Below, in pieces: positions 20,135 to 29,514 of a DNA stretch of 64,000 bases; position 1 is the first letter of the stretch, and each line of letters begins with the position of its first letter. A program made the translations under genes and the position numbers. The notes under the pieces were generated by a model. The model saw only the letters and a list, made by a program, of their open reading frames with translations, was not told where the DNA came from and ran no database searches. The stretch is from Candidatus Scatovivens sp. (lineage in GTDB: Bacteria; Bacillota; Clostridia; TANB77; CAG-508), in assembly GCA_045646345.1 (NCBI GenBank), contig JAZRKN010000001.1:192001-256000 (forward strand). Reading direction: 5' to 3'.

Positions 20135-20297
20135 CTGAATTACATTCAGTTATTTTTTTATTATCCAGAAAACAAGAAAAGAATTGTAAATATTTTAGAC
20201 AATATATAAATACTAACGAGATAATTTTGTGATAATTGATATAAAAATAGAGTAACAAAAATCATTATAATCCCTGCTACTCTTATATTTCGCTTAT

Positions 20298-20309
20298 TTG
20301 GAGCGGGTA
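20298..20309. repeat. att site (duplicated tRNA 3' end)
   Basis: TTGGAGCGGGTA, identical to 36597-36608. Confidence 0.8.
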
Positions 20310-20775
20310 TTCATTGTTTTCGACTTTGTAGCCGTGTTTTGAGCCATTTTTGTTTCCCAATACGTTGACCAATTGAAATAATAATAAATAATTTTAAATA
20401 ATGTTGTATAACTTTTAACGGTATTTCCGGTAAATGTTTTTGAGTTGTCGCAAATTTTGCGACAGTTACTTTTCAAATTTTCTTGTGTAATTCTTGTGTA
20501 ATTTTATTTTAAATTTTTGCGGGTACCCGCATTTTTTTTAAATGGATTTACTTATTATAAAAAAATCTTGTGTAATAATTACACAAGATTTCATATTTTC
20601 ACCTATTCATTTATATTTCGCAAATAGAGATGCGGTTAACATTTTTTCATTCACAAATTTATATTTCGCAAGTGACGTTGCGATTAACAAAAGTAATAAA
20701 AAATTTTACTACTAAATTAATATTAATATTTTCTTATTAATAAATCAAGTAATTATTTTAAAATCTATAATTTAT

Positions 20776-22152
20776 CTATTCTAAACTATATTTTTCTATA
20801 TTTAAACTTTTCATTATAATATCAATTTGTTCTTGTTTTAAATTTTTTAATGTAGAAACATCAATTACTAATAATAAAATATCTGTTGACCTAGTCAAAG
20901 CAACATACAAATAATTCATTTCTTTATTTCTTTCTGTCTTATTCCCAAAAAGATAATTTAATAAAGATTCATTAATAATAAACATACAATTTTTTCTTTC
21001 AAGTCCTTTTACCTTATCTATAGAATATACATTATATTCCATAGAATTGCTGTCTTCCAAAGAAGAAATTATTTTGGCATAAACATCTTTCTTTAATCTT
21101 AAATTATATTTTCCTAAAAAAGATTTTAATCCTAACTCAACACTATTCTTTTCATCTATTAATTTATATAATTCTTTCTCTTTCTCATATAAAAACGCGT
21201 CTTCATCGTCATAGATATTTTTATTTATTATTATCTCTTTCAATATATCTGAATCTAATTTTCTATTATGTTGTGTATTAAATTTTGTTGTTTTACTTTT
21301 TATATAGCAAATAGATTTTTCATTTTGAAAAGAATTATATATTTTATTAAAGTTGGTATCATCAGAATAAATATAATAAATTTTCCCTTCGTTCTCATTT
21401 AGCGTTGTTTGCTTTTGATCATCTGAACATATCAAATTACTAATATTAACATGACTTTTAGGAAGTCTCCTTGTAATATTATTGTTATCTAAACATTCAA
21501 AATTATATAATTGTTTTTCCTTAATATTTTTTTTAAATTCTTCAAATTTTCCAGGATATTTTAATGCTTGTTTTGGATCGCCGACCATATAAACAAATAT
21601 TTTATTATCACTTAATTTTTCTATTATTCTTAATACAGCATCATCTAAATCTTGGCTTTCATCAATAAATATTGCTGATATACTCGACAATATATGATTT
21701 AAAACTATCTCTTTTTTTGATTTTATTAGCTTAGACTCAGATTTTGATGATATAATAATTTGTTTTGCCTTACTAAATACCGCATCATTATGTATTATTT
21801 CTTTTTTTTCTAAATCAGAAATTCTTTTGTTCTTAAATATAAAATTACTTGGTAATGGTATAGATACTGCCTTTTTATAAGATTTTCCTAATACATATTT
21901 AGAATATGGATATATAATATATTCTAATAAAAAACTATGTATTGTATATATTTTTAATCTTTCTGGAACTTTAAATTCTTTTTCATATACTTTTTTATAA
22001 ATATTTTCTTTTGCAGTATTAGTATAGGTTATTGCTATAATATCTTTATTTTCTGAATTAAGTTTATCATATTCTAAAATATATTCTGCCATAGAATGAG
22101 TTTTTCCTGCACCAGCTCCTGCTATTTGTATTTTACTTTTTTTGTAATCCAT
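20776..22152 (-). CDS. gajB: UvrD-like helicase, Gabija GajB-type
   Basis: AGAGAGKT, ITYTN, TIHSF, IDESQD, VGDPKQ, KGLE, YVALTRS; overlaps the OLD nuclease gene. Confidence 0.8.
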   Translation of the reverse strand: MDYKKSKIQIAGAGAGKTHSMAEYILEYDKLNSENKDIIAITYTNTAKENIYKKVYEKEFKVPERLKIYTIHSFLLEYIIYPYSKYVLGKSYKKAVSIPLPSNFIFKNKRISDLEKKEIIHNDAVFSKAKQIIISSKSESKLIKSKKEIVLNHILSSISAIFIDESQDLDDAVLRIIEKLSDNKIFVYMVGDPKQALKYPGKFEEFKKNIKEKQLYNFECLDNNNITRRLPKSHVNISNLICSDDQKQTTLNENEGKIYYIYSDDTNFNKIYNSFQNEKSICYIKSKTTKFNTQHNRKLDSDILKEIIINKNIYDDEDAFLYEKEKELYKLIDEKNSVELGLKSFLGKYNLRLKKDVYAKIISSLEDSNSMEYNVYSIDKVKGLERKNCMFIINESLLNYLFGNKTERNKEMNYLYVALTRSTDILLLVIDVSTLKNLKQEQIDIIMKSLNIEKYSLE

Positions 22153-23854
22153 CCAAAATCTCCTCTATATGTTTTGGCATAGTTATAGTTATTTTATTTT
22201 CATCATCATTTGGTAATAACATACTTTCACATAACTTAAACATTGATTCTGCTTTAGCCTCTTTCATATGTTTTACTGGATTAGTTGTATTAAAAAATTT
22301 ACTTAATATGTTTTTATTATCACCAGCATCAACTAAATCATCTTCCAGTGTATATCCATCAGTAGTTCTTACAAATATTGTTGTATCGTTATTATATGCA
22401 TCATGCTCACCTTTTGTTTTAGTGTTATTATCAAAATCTCTAACGACACCTATTTTTTTATCACTATTATCATTTAATTTTTTCCAAATATTCAAAAAAG
22501 TTCTAAATCCTTTTTGTCCTATTGAAATAACTTCTATTTCATTTATAATATTTTCATTAAGTTGAATCCATGTATTAATTAACATTTCTTCAGTGACCCC
22601 TTCAACAAGTATAACTTTATTAGAAAATAAAATTTTTAAAACATCAAAATTAGGTCTTTTAGCAAGATAATTTGATAAATAATCATCTTTTTCAAATGTA
22701 ATTGCTTGATTCTCTTTTAAAACCACAACATTATTAAATTTTAATTTATTAATAGTTTTTGAATTATGGGAAGTAATAATTGTTTGTGAAAAACCATCAT
22801 TTTGAGATATGCTTTTTTCAATAAAACTAAGAACAATATTCAAATTATTGTTAGATAAATGAGCTTCTGGTTCCTCAATACACATTAAATTAAACTTTCT
22901 TCCTTCAGCATTGTAGTTACTAAACAATAATAACAATAAAATTAAATTTCTTTTTCCTAAACCTTTTTGAAATAAAAATTCATCACCATAACCAATATTT
23001 ATATTTGAAAATATTGTATTTAAATTTGGAAAATTAGGTATTAATTCTATACGTTTTATAATTTCTGATAAATTCTCAAATTTATCATCTTCTAATTTTT
23101 TAAATACTTCTTTATAAGATGATAATTCTTTTATTTCATCAAAAAAATTATTATACGCTTTACTTATTTTGCTTTTTTCTTCTGTTTCAAGATTTTTTTC
23201 TAAAAGTGAACTAATTAATCTATATGACATCTTATTTGTATTTTCTGAAAAATTATCTCTCTCGGCATTTATAATACTTACATTAAAATTACAATATTTT
23301 TGAGGATTAATTGATTTATTATTATTAGTTGAATAAATAGAATATTCATACATATCTATTGGAATAGTTGCTTTTTCGTCCACTTCTAACATTAAAACCA
23401 TTGTTTTTATGAATTCAAAATCATTTTTAGGCTTAAATATATATTCAATTTCATAAACAATATCTCCATTTTCATCTTGATTTAGCCAATCACATAATAA
23501 CTTTTTCTGATATTCATCTTTAGCATCTGCAAACGTTAATTTTATTGTTACATTTGGAATATAAGTATAAACACTAGATAATATAGTTTCATTATCAATA
23601 TTTTCTTTTAATCTCGCTAAATCTCCTAAAATTTGAGTTCTAAATTCAGATACAGCAGAACTATTTATATCAGTTAGAGCAAGACGTTTTGAATAAAATT
23701 GAATTGAATTATTATTTAATAATAATTTTATTGCATCGAAAAAATTAGTTTTTCCTACATCATTATCACCTATTATTGTAGTATATGGATATAACGGAAC
23801 ATTAATTTCTTTAAAATTTCTGTAATTCTTTATAAAAACATTTTTTATATACAT
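22133..23854 (-). CDS. gajA: OLD-family ABC ATPase-TOPRIM nuclease, Gabija GajA-type
   Basis: IKNYRNF, GDNDVGKT, IEEPEAHL, ITSH, TOPRIM LVEGVTE and RDFD; start ATG 23854 after AAGGAG. Confidence 0.82.
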   Translation of the reverse strand: MYIKNVFIKNYRNFKEINVPLYPYTTIIGDNDVGKTNFFDAIKLLLNNNSIQFYSKRLALTDINSSAVSEFRTQILGDLARLKENIDNETILSSVYTYIPNVTIKLTFADAKDEYQKKLLCDWLNQDENGDIVYEIEYIFKPKNDFEFIKTMVLMLEVDEKATIPIDMYEYSIYSTNNNKSINPQKYCNFNVSIINAERDNFSENTNKMSYRLISSLLEKNLETEEKSKISKAYNNFFDEIKELSSYKEVFKKLEDDKFENLSEIIKRIELIPNFPNLNTIFSNINIGYGDEFLFQKGLGKRNLILLLLLFSNYNAEGRKFNLMCIEEPEAHLSNNNLNIVLSFIEKSISQNDGFSQTIITSHNSKTINKLKFNNVVVLKENQAITFEKDDYLSNYLAKRPNFDVLKILFSNKVILVEGVTEEMLINTWIQLNENIINEIEVISIGQKGFRTFLNIWKKLNDNSDKKIGVVRDFDNNTKTKGEHDAYNNDTTIFVRTTDGYTLEDDLVDAGDNKNILSKFFNTTNPVKHMKEAKAESMFKLCESMLLPNDDENKITITMPKHIEEILDGLQKK

Positions 23855-23881
23855 AAAACTCTCCTTACTCATTTTTTAGTT

Positions 23882-23946
23882 ATTATATACTTTTTGCCAA
23901 TTTATTTCTATATAATGTTGAATTTTAGTCTCTTTTTTTATATACT
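23882..23946. promoter_or_regulatory. Back-to-back promoters for gajAB (-) and the restriction endonuclease (+)
   Basis: Minus: TAGAAA-N17-TATAAT (23882-23910). Plus: TTGAAT-N17-TATACT (23918-23946). Confidence 0.6.
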
Positions 23947-23974
23947 TACCTTATCGAAATTAGGAGGTATAAAT

Positions 23975-25372
23975 ATGAATAACTTACCTTATGATAAAAC
24001 TTCAAAAAAATCAATAGAAGAATACGCATTAAAACTAAAAGGAACATCTTTTAGAAATGTTTTAGATAATTATAGAAATTTATCTACAAATCAACCTTTA
24101 TTTGACGAAGATAAAACAATTTTATATGAATATTACAACAATATTCGTTCAAAAGGTGGTTTGGGAAATTTAATTGAAGAATACTATTTTCATATACCAC
24201 CAGAGCATCATACAGCATCAGAACCTGATTTTAAAGAAGCAGGTGTTGAATTAAAAGTAACACCTTATATTAGAAATGACTATAATTCTTTAAAAGCCAA
24301 GGAGCGTTTAGTTTTAGGAAAAATAAACTATTTAAATCAACAAGAAGATACTTTTGAACAAAGCCATATTTATAAAAAATGTGCAATAATGCTTTTAATA
24401 TATTATTTACACAACCCTACTCTTGCTAGAATAGATAATATTATAAATTATATAAAACTATTCGAATTTCCAGAATCAGATTTGGAAATTATCAAAAAAG
24501 ATTATGAATTAATTATTAATAAAATAAAAAGTGGCAAAGCACACGAACTTTCTGAAGGTGATACCAACTATTTGGGTGCTTGTACAAAAGGTGCAACTGC
24601 CGAAAGTGTTCAAATTCAATTTAATAATATACCTGCTAAACAAAGAGCATTTTGTTTAAAACAGTCTTATATGACTTATATTTTAAATAAATATCTTGCT
24701 AATAACGATACGTCTGAACCAGTTATAAAAGACTTAAAAATTTTAAAAGAACAAACTTTAGAAGACTATGTTTTAAATAAATTATCAAAATACTATGGAA
24801 AAACAACAACTGAATTAATAAAAGAATTAAATTTAACAACTAATGAAAATGCAAAATCTTTCACTTATGATTTAGCCAAAAGTATGTTAGAAGTTTTAAA
24901 TGATAAAATCGAAGAATTTGAAAAAGCAAATATTAAAATCAAAGCTATTAGACTAACTCAAAATGGTATGCCAAAAGAAGCTATGTCTTTCCCTACTTTT
25001 AGATATACTCAAATAATAAATGAAACTTGGGAAGATTCTTCTTTATATGAAACATTTTCAACTACAAAATATTTATTTATGATTTATCAATATAGCGAAG
25101 ATGAATCTTTAATATTTAAAAAAGCTATGTTTTGGAATGTTCCAGGTGCAGATTTAAACGGAGAAATTAAAGATACTTGGGAAGAAACTGTAAGAAGAAT
25201 AAAAAATAATGAATATAATAATTTACCAAAAAGCTCTGAAACAAATATCTTACATGTAAGACCTCACGGTCAAAATTCAAAAGATACATACCCAACACCA
25301 GACGGCAAACAAGCAGTAAAAAAATGTTTTTGGTTTAACAGAGAATATATAAAAAAACAAATTGGAAATTAG
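23975..25372 (+). CDS. Sau3AI/MutH-family type II restriction endonuclease
   Basis: KGGLGNLIEEYYF, PDF.EAGVELKVTP, AKERLVL, LSEGDTNYLGACTKG, and a second MutH-like domain (HVRPH, CFWFN); start ATG 23975 after AGGAGG. Confidence 0.9.
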   Translation: MNNLPYDKTSKKSIEEYALKLKGTSFRNVLDNYRNLSTNQPLFDEDKTILYEYYNNIRSKGGLGNLIEEYYFHIPPEHHTASEPDFKEAGVELKVTPYIRNDYNSLKAKERLVLGKINYLNQQEDTFEQSHIYKKCAIMLLIYYLHNPTLARIDNIINYIKLFEFPESDLEIIKKDYELIINKIKSGKAHELSEGDTNYLGACTKGATAESVQIQFNNIPAKQRAFCLKQSYMTYILNKYLANNDTSEPVIKDLKILKEQTLEDYVLNKLSKYYGKTTTELIKELNLTTNENAKSFTYDLAKSMLEVLNDKIEEFEKANIKIKAIRLTQNGMPKEAMSFPTFRYTQIINETWEDSSLYETFSTTKYLFMIYQYSEDESLIFKKAMFWNVPGADLNGEIKDTWEETVRRIKNNEYNNLPKSSETNILHVRPHGQNSKDTYPTPDGKQAVKKCFWFNREYIKKQIGN

Positions 25373-25374
25373 AT

Positions 25375-25412
25375 AAAAAATATCCCGTACACATATGTAC
25401 GGGATATTTTTT
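25375..25412. terminator. Bidirectional terminator
   Basis: AAAAAATATCCCGTACA...TGTACGGGATATTTTTT. Confidence 0.85.
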
Positions 25413-26610
25413 ATTTCTTATATAATTTTTTTATTTCATTTAATTTTTTTTGAATTAATTCAATATTTTCAATATAAGCATCTTTCTCTTCTTGCTCCAT
25501 TCTGTTAATATGTTTTTCATCAACTTCATCTAATAAAATAACAACTTTTTCTAATAATTTTACCGGTTGATTTCTTACTTCTTTTATTTTTCCTTTATCA
25601 GTATACTTATCATATACTTTTTTTGCTCTTTTTTTCAAATCTTGATCATTTCTTATTTCATTAATAATATTTTCGGCTGTTATTTCTTCTAAATTATCTA
25701 ATTTTTCGTGTAATTCTTTTGAAGTTTTTTTGTGTTCATCTAAATATTCATCCAAATTTTCTTTTGTATACTTTTTCAAGTCTCTTATATATCTTGTTAT
25801 ATCTTTGTCTGTTTTTAAAATAATATTATCAAATGTAATTATCTTTAATTTTTCCCAATCAGAACTGTTCTTCTTTACAGATAATAATTCTGATATAGGT
25901 CCATCAATTTCCAATTTTTTAGCAACATGAAATTTTTCTTTAGCCCCCATATACTCTAAAAATTCATTAATTAAATTAGTTTTTTCTATCAATTTATTTA
26001 ATTCAATCATTTTCATATCTGTATATCTACAGTACTCTTCTTTTGTGAACATATGTCCATCTTTTAATACATCATTATATATTCCTACACAACGATCTAT
26101 TATATCATATCCTACTTTATCTTCATGTCCATGTTGTATTTGTAATTCTAATTGTTTTATATCTTTCGGAGTATATTCATTTTCATCTAATATAACTGCA
26201 TTAAAATAATTAAAATCATGATTGTTTTTTGATAGCTCTCTTAAACAAGTAAACCTTCTATTTCCATCAATTATTCTACCATCTGTTGTTACTACACCAG
26301 CTTCTAATTGAGAAAATCTTTTTATATTATTCATTGTTTTTAAAAAAGCTTCTTTATTAGATTCTTTTATAAATTCTGCAACAATTTCATTATATTCTTC
26401 AATATTTTCATAATTTACACTAAATACATCTTTGTTTATTTTTTCCTTATATTCACAAATTTGTGTTGCGATTCTATCATTTTGATTATTATAATATAAT
26501 TCTGTTAACGCAATTTTATAAACAGGATAAACTTTAATTTTTCCTTTAATATTTATTTTTTTTGTCATGCCAGTTAACTCAATTTTATTTGTTTTAAAAA
26601 GATTTTTCAT
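25411..26610 (-). CDS. ParB/Srx-like N-terminal domain protein
   Basis: LYYNNQNDRI, GVVTTDGRIIDGNRRF; helical coiled-coil C-terminus; GGAG RBS in the 10-nt gap after the upstream gene. Confidence 0.75.
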   Translation of the reverse strand: MKNLFKTNKIELTGMTKKINIKGKIKVYPVYKIALTELYYNNQNDRIATQICEYKEKINKDVFSVNYENIEEYNEIVAEFIKESNKEAFLKTMNNIKRFSQLEAGVVTTDGRIIDGNRRFTCLRELSKNNHDFNYFNAVILDENEYTPKDIKQLELQIQHGHEDKVGYDIIDRCVGIYNDVLKDGHMFTKEEYCRYTDMKMIELNKLIEKTNLINEFLEYMGAKEKFHVAKKLEIDGPISELLSVKKNSSDWEKLKIITFDNIILKTDKDITRYIRDLKKYTKENLDEYLDEHKKTSKELHEKLDNLEEITAENIINEIRNDQDLKKRAKKVYDKYTDKGKIKEVRNQPVKLLEKVVILLDEVDEKHINRMEQEEKDAYIENIELIQKKLNEIKKLYKK

Positions 26611-26620
26611 AATTTTCTCC

Positions 26621-29398
26621 TTAACTATATATTTTATCTAAATATTCATCTTTACTTTTGTATATTCTTCTAAATATATCATCATAATAGTATTTACTAT
26701 CTTTAATAAGTACTTTTAATTTTGAATCATCTTTAATAACTATACCATATTCATATTCCAAATATTCTAATATTTCAGTAAATTCTAAACAATCTTTTGA
26801 TTCAATCATACAATCAATTACATATTCAACAAAATCTTTACTTCTTTTCATTACTTCATCTGATTTTTTTAAATAATAAATATTATTAAAATCAAATTTT
26901 ATAATTCTTACATCTTCAACATTATAAATAATGGATTCATAAAATCTCTCCGAAAAACCTTCTTCATCTAAAGCTTTTGCAGGTATTCTTTCTCTTACAT
27001 TTTTCATTGTAAAAAACTCATTTATAGCAAATTCTTTTTCTATTTGTTTTCCATATTCTATAATGTCCTCTTTTGTAATTCCACCCGCTTTAAGAACATT
27101 AAAATTTATATATCTTTCATCATCAATTTCAATAATATCATATTGTTTTTCTAGTTTTCTTAATGCTGAATGCACAAAACAAGAATGATTATAAGGTATA
27201 TCATTTTTATTTATGATTTTCATATCTTTTATAACATCCAAAATATAGTCATCTAAATAATAATATTTTTCTTTTAACGCATATTCTCCACGAAGTGAAT
27301 AGCCTATCAAACTCATGTTATAGGTATTTAAATACTCTTTATAATCATCGCCTATAATCTTTTTAAATATTTCTTCAACATCTGCAAGCGAGTATAAATC
27401 ATTTATTAATTCTGTTCTAATTAATAATTCATTTTCTTTTTCTAAAAATTTTACTCCATAATTTATTTCTTCATTTGTAATATATTTATTAAATTCTGTA
27501 AATAAATACGTCTTACAACTATTAGAATTATGTCCGTAATACTCTGTAAAGAACGCTACAGCATCTTCTATATTTACTGGTGAAATTTTCTTTAATATAG
27601 ACTCAAAAAAATCTTTTTTATTGCTTATTTTTATAAGAATATACGGATATTTAGCTATTACAATATCACAAAATTTTTCTGCATTTATTAATTTAAAAAA
27701 ACTATGTACTTCTCTACCTGTTTGCAAATTAATAGAATTAAAATAATTTATAAATTTATTATAAATATAATCAATCCCATATTCTCCAGGCATCAGTGAA
27801 TTTAAAATTCTTTTCAATTCTAATTTTGCATTCATTGACACATCATAATAATTATAATATTTTATCAAATCAACATCAGATCTAATAAAACAATCATAAA
27901 TATCAAATAATCTCAAAAAACTTTCTTCATTTTTGATTTTTTCTATTTTAAAAATATCAGCATATTTATTAAAAATATCTAGTATATTTTTAATTTTTAC
28001 AGGTTTTATTGCTTCATTTTTTAAAATAATTTTAAGAAGATTTTCTCTTTTTAAATATATTTTTTCTCCATATAGTTCAACAACACCATAATATTCATCC
28101 AAAATACACTTTTGTTTATCAGTTGTTTCTTTTTTTGCATATAATGCATATGGATTTTGTGTTCCCTTCTTATATTTAAACTTTAAATATTCAAAGACAT
28201 AATCATCTTCTTCCCAATATTTATTGAATAACTCTTTATCCCAATCATACTCTTGAAATAATTCTCTATAATGTATATCTTCATACGTAGGATTAATAAA
28301 TGCAAATTTTCTTTTAATTATTTTAGAAATTTGATCGCCTGATGAATATCCCATTTTTTCACCAATCTTCGAAAGTGGAACTCCATCTAAAAGCTCTTTA
28401 ATTATCTCTCTTTCATAATCGTTTGTAATCGAATTTAACTTCTTCCACAATCTAGGATATATGTATTCTAGATTATCATTATTATTTACTATATATCCAT
28501 ACTCTATTAACTTATTTAAATTTGTCTCAAAAAAATCAGTGTTATAATTGTTATTTTGAGACATTAATTTATACAATTCGTCTTTAAGGAAAAAACGTTT
28601 TTTATTTCCATAGCTTTCAATAAAATCACTTAACACTTTTTCATAAAAGTCCTCTGAAAAATCCTTATATTTTATAACAATAGCTCTTGAAATTGGATAT
28701 AACTCATTTTTTAAACTTCGTGGTATATCAAATTCTTCTATATGTTTTGTTATAATATCATTTATAGTAATTTTTGATTTAACTAATCTCTCAATCTGAT
28801 CATTGGATAATCCAAATTTTTCTAATTCGTATACACTTTCTGATGAATCTTCTATAAACTCTTTCGAATCTATAATTTTTATTATTTCATCTTTCATTTG
28901 AAAATCTTCTAAATTCTTTAATTCATCAATATTATAATGTATTATACTTTTTACAATAGAAAAAGGAATATTATATTCACATAATTTATATATTTTATTA
29001 AATTTTTCTTTTATTTGAAAATCATTAACAATTTCTATTTCTTTATTGTCAGACAAATATTCTGAAAATAATTGTTTTTTTATTCTTAATAAATCATTCT
29101 TTAATCTTGGGGGAATTTTAAAAATTTTTATATCTTGATTTTTAATCATTTCAATCGTTATTCCTTTTTTGTGTAAAGTATCAACTTGATATTGTGACAG
29201 CCCATACTCTATTAAACCAAAAACGCTAATATCCGAAGCATTTTTATATTCGTCGGATTCAACAATTTCTTTTATTTTAATTCTATCAGTATCCTTAATA
29301 TTAGAAATAATATCGATATGATCAATTGAATATTCTATTATTTTTTTAACAGTAGTTATTGAAATACCATATTCACATAATCTATATAATTTATTCAT
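26621..29398 (-). CDS. 925-aa protein with two N-terminal HhH/alpha-CTD-like repeats and a sigma-70 region 4-like HTH
   Basis: Repeats NKLYRLCEY..SVFGLIEYGLS..IPPRLKNDL and NKIYKLCEY..SVYELEKFGLS..IPRSLKNEL; HTH LDGVPLSKIGEKMGYSSGDQISKII; start moved to ATG 29398 because GTG 29428 abuts the -10 box. Confidence 0.7.
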   Translation of the reverse strand: MNKLYRLCEYGISITTVKKIIEYSIDHIDIISNIKDTDRIKIKEIVESDEYKNASDISVFGLIEYGLSQYQVDTLHKKGITIEMIKNQDIKIFKIPPRLKNDLLRIKKQLFSEYLSDNKEIEIVNDFQIKEKFNKIYKLCEYNIPFSIVKSIIHYNIDELKNLEDFQMKDEIIKIIDSKEFIEDSSESVYELEKFGLSNDQIERLVKSKITINDIITKHIEEFDIPRSLKNELYPISRAIVIKYKDFSEDFYEKVLSDFIESYGNKKRFFLKDELYKLMSQNNNYNTDFFETNLNKLIEYGYIVNNNDNLEYIYPRLWKKLNSITNDYEREIIKELLDGVPLSKIGEKMGYSSGDQISKIIKRKFAFINPTYEDIHYRELFQEYDWDKELFNKYWEEDDYVFEYLKFKYKKGTQNPYALYAKKETTDKQKCILDEYYGVVELYGEKIYLKRENLLKIILKNEAIKPVKIKNILDIFNKYADIFKIEKIKNEESFLRLFDIYDCFIRSDVDLIKYYNYYDVSMNAKLELKRILNSLMPGEYGIDYIYNKFINYFNSINLQTGREVHSFFKLINAEKFCDIVIAKYPYILIKISNKKDFFESILKKISPVNIEDAVAFFTEYYGHNSNSCKTYLFTEFNKYITNEEINYGVKFLEKENELLIRTELINDLYSLADVEEIFKKIIGDDYKEYLNTYNMSLIGYSLRGEYALKEKYYYLDDYILDVIKDMKIINKNDIPYNHSCFVHSALRKLEKQYDIIEIDDERYINFNVLKAGGITKEDIIEYGKQIEKEFAINEFFTMKNVRERIPAKALDEEGFSERFYESIIYNVEDVRIIKFDFNNIYYLKKSDEVMKRSKDFVEYVIDCMIESKDCLEFTEILEYLEYEYGIVIKDDSKLKVLIKDSKYYYDDIFRRIYKSKDEYLDKIYS

Positions 29399-29428
29399 AA
29401 TTACTTTACTCCCAAGATAATTGCCCAC

Positions 29429-29457
29429 ATTATATCACTTTTTCTTAGTAATATCAA
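29429..29457 (-). promoter_or_regulatory. Promoter of the two-gene unit
   Basis: TTGATA-N17 (with TG)-TATAAT. Confidence 0.75.
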
Positions 29458-29473
29458 GGATTACACTATTTAC

Positions 29474-29513
29474 AAAAAAAGATGCAAACATTTTATTTGT
29501 TTGCATCTTTTTT
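29474..29513 (-). terminator. Terminator after the methyltransferase
   Basis: AAAAAAGATGCAAACA...TGTTTGCATCTTTTTT. Confidence 0.8.
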
Positions 29514-29514
29514 A

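Noticed and set aside
25411-26610. Plasmid partition system
   Set aside because: No ParA ATPase or parS array nearby; the domain context suggests a conflict or defence role instead
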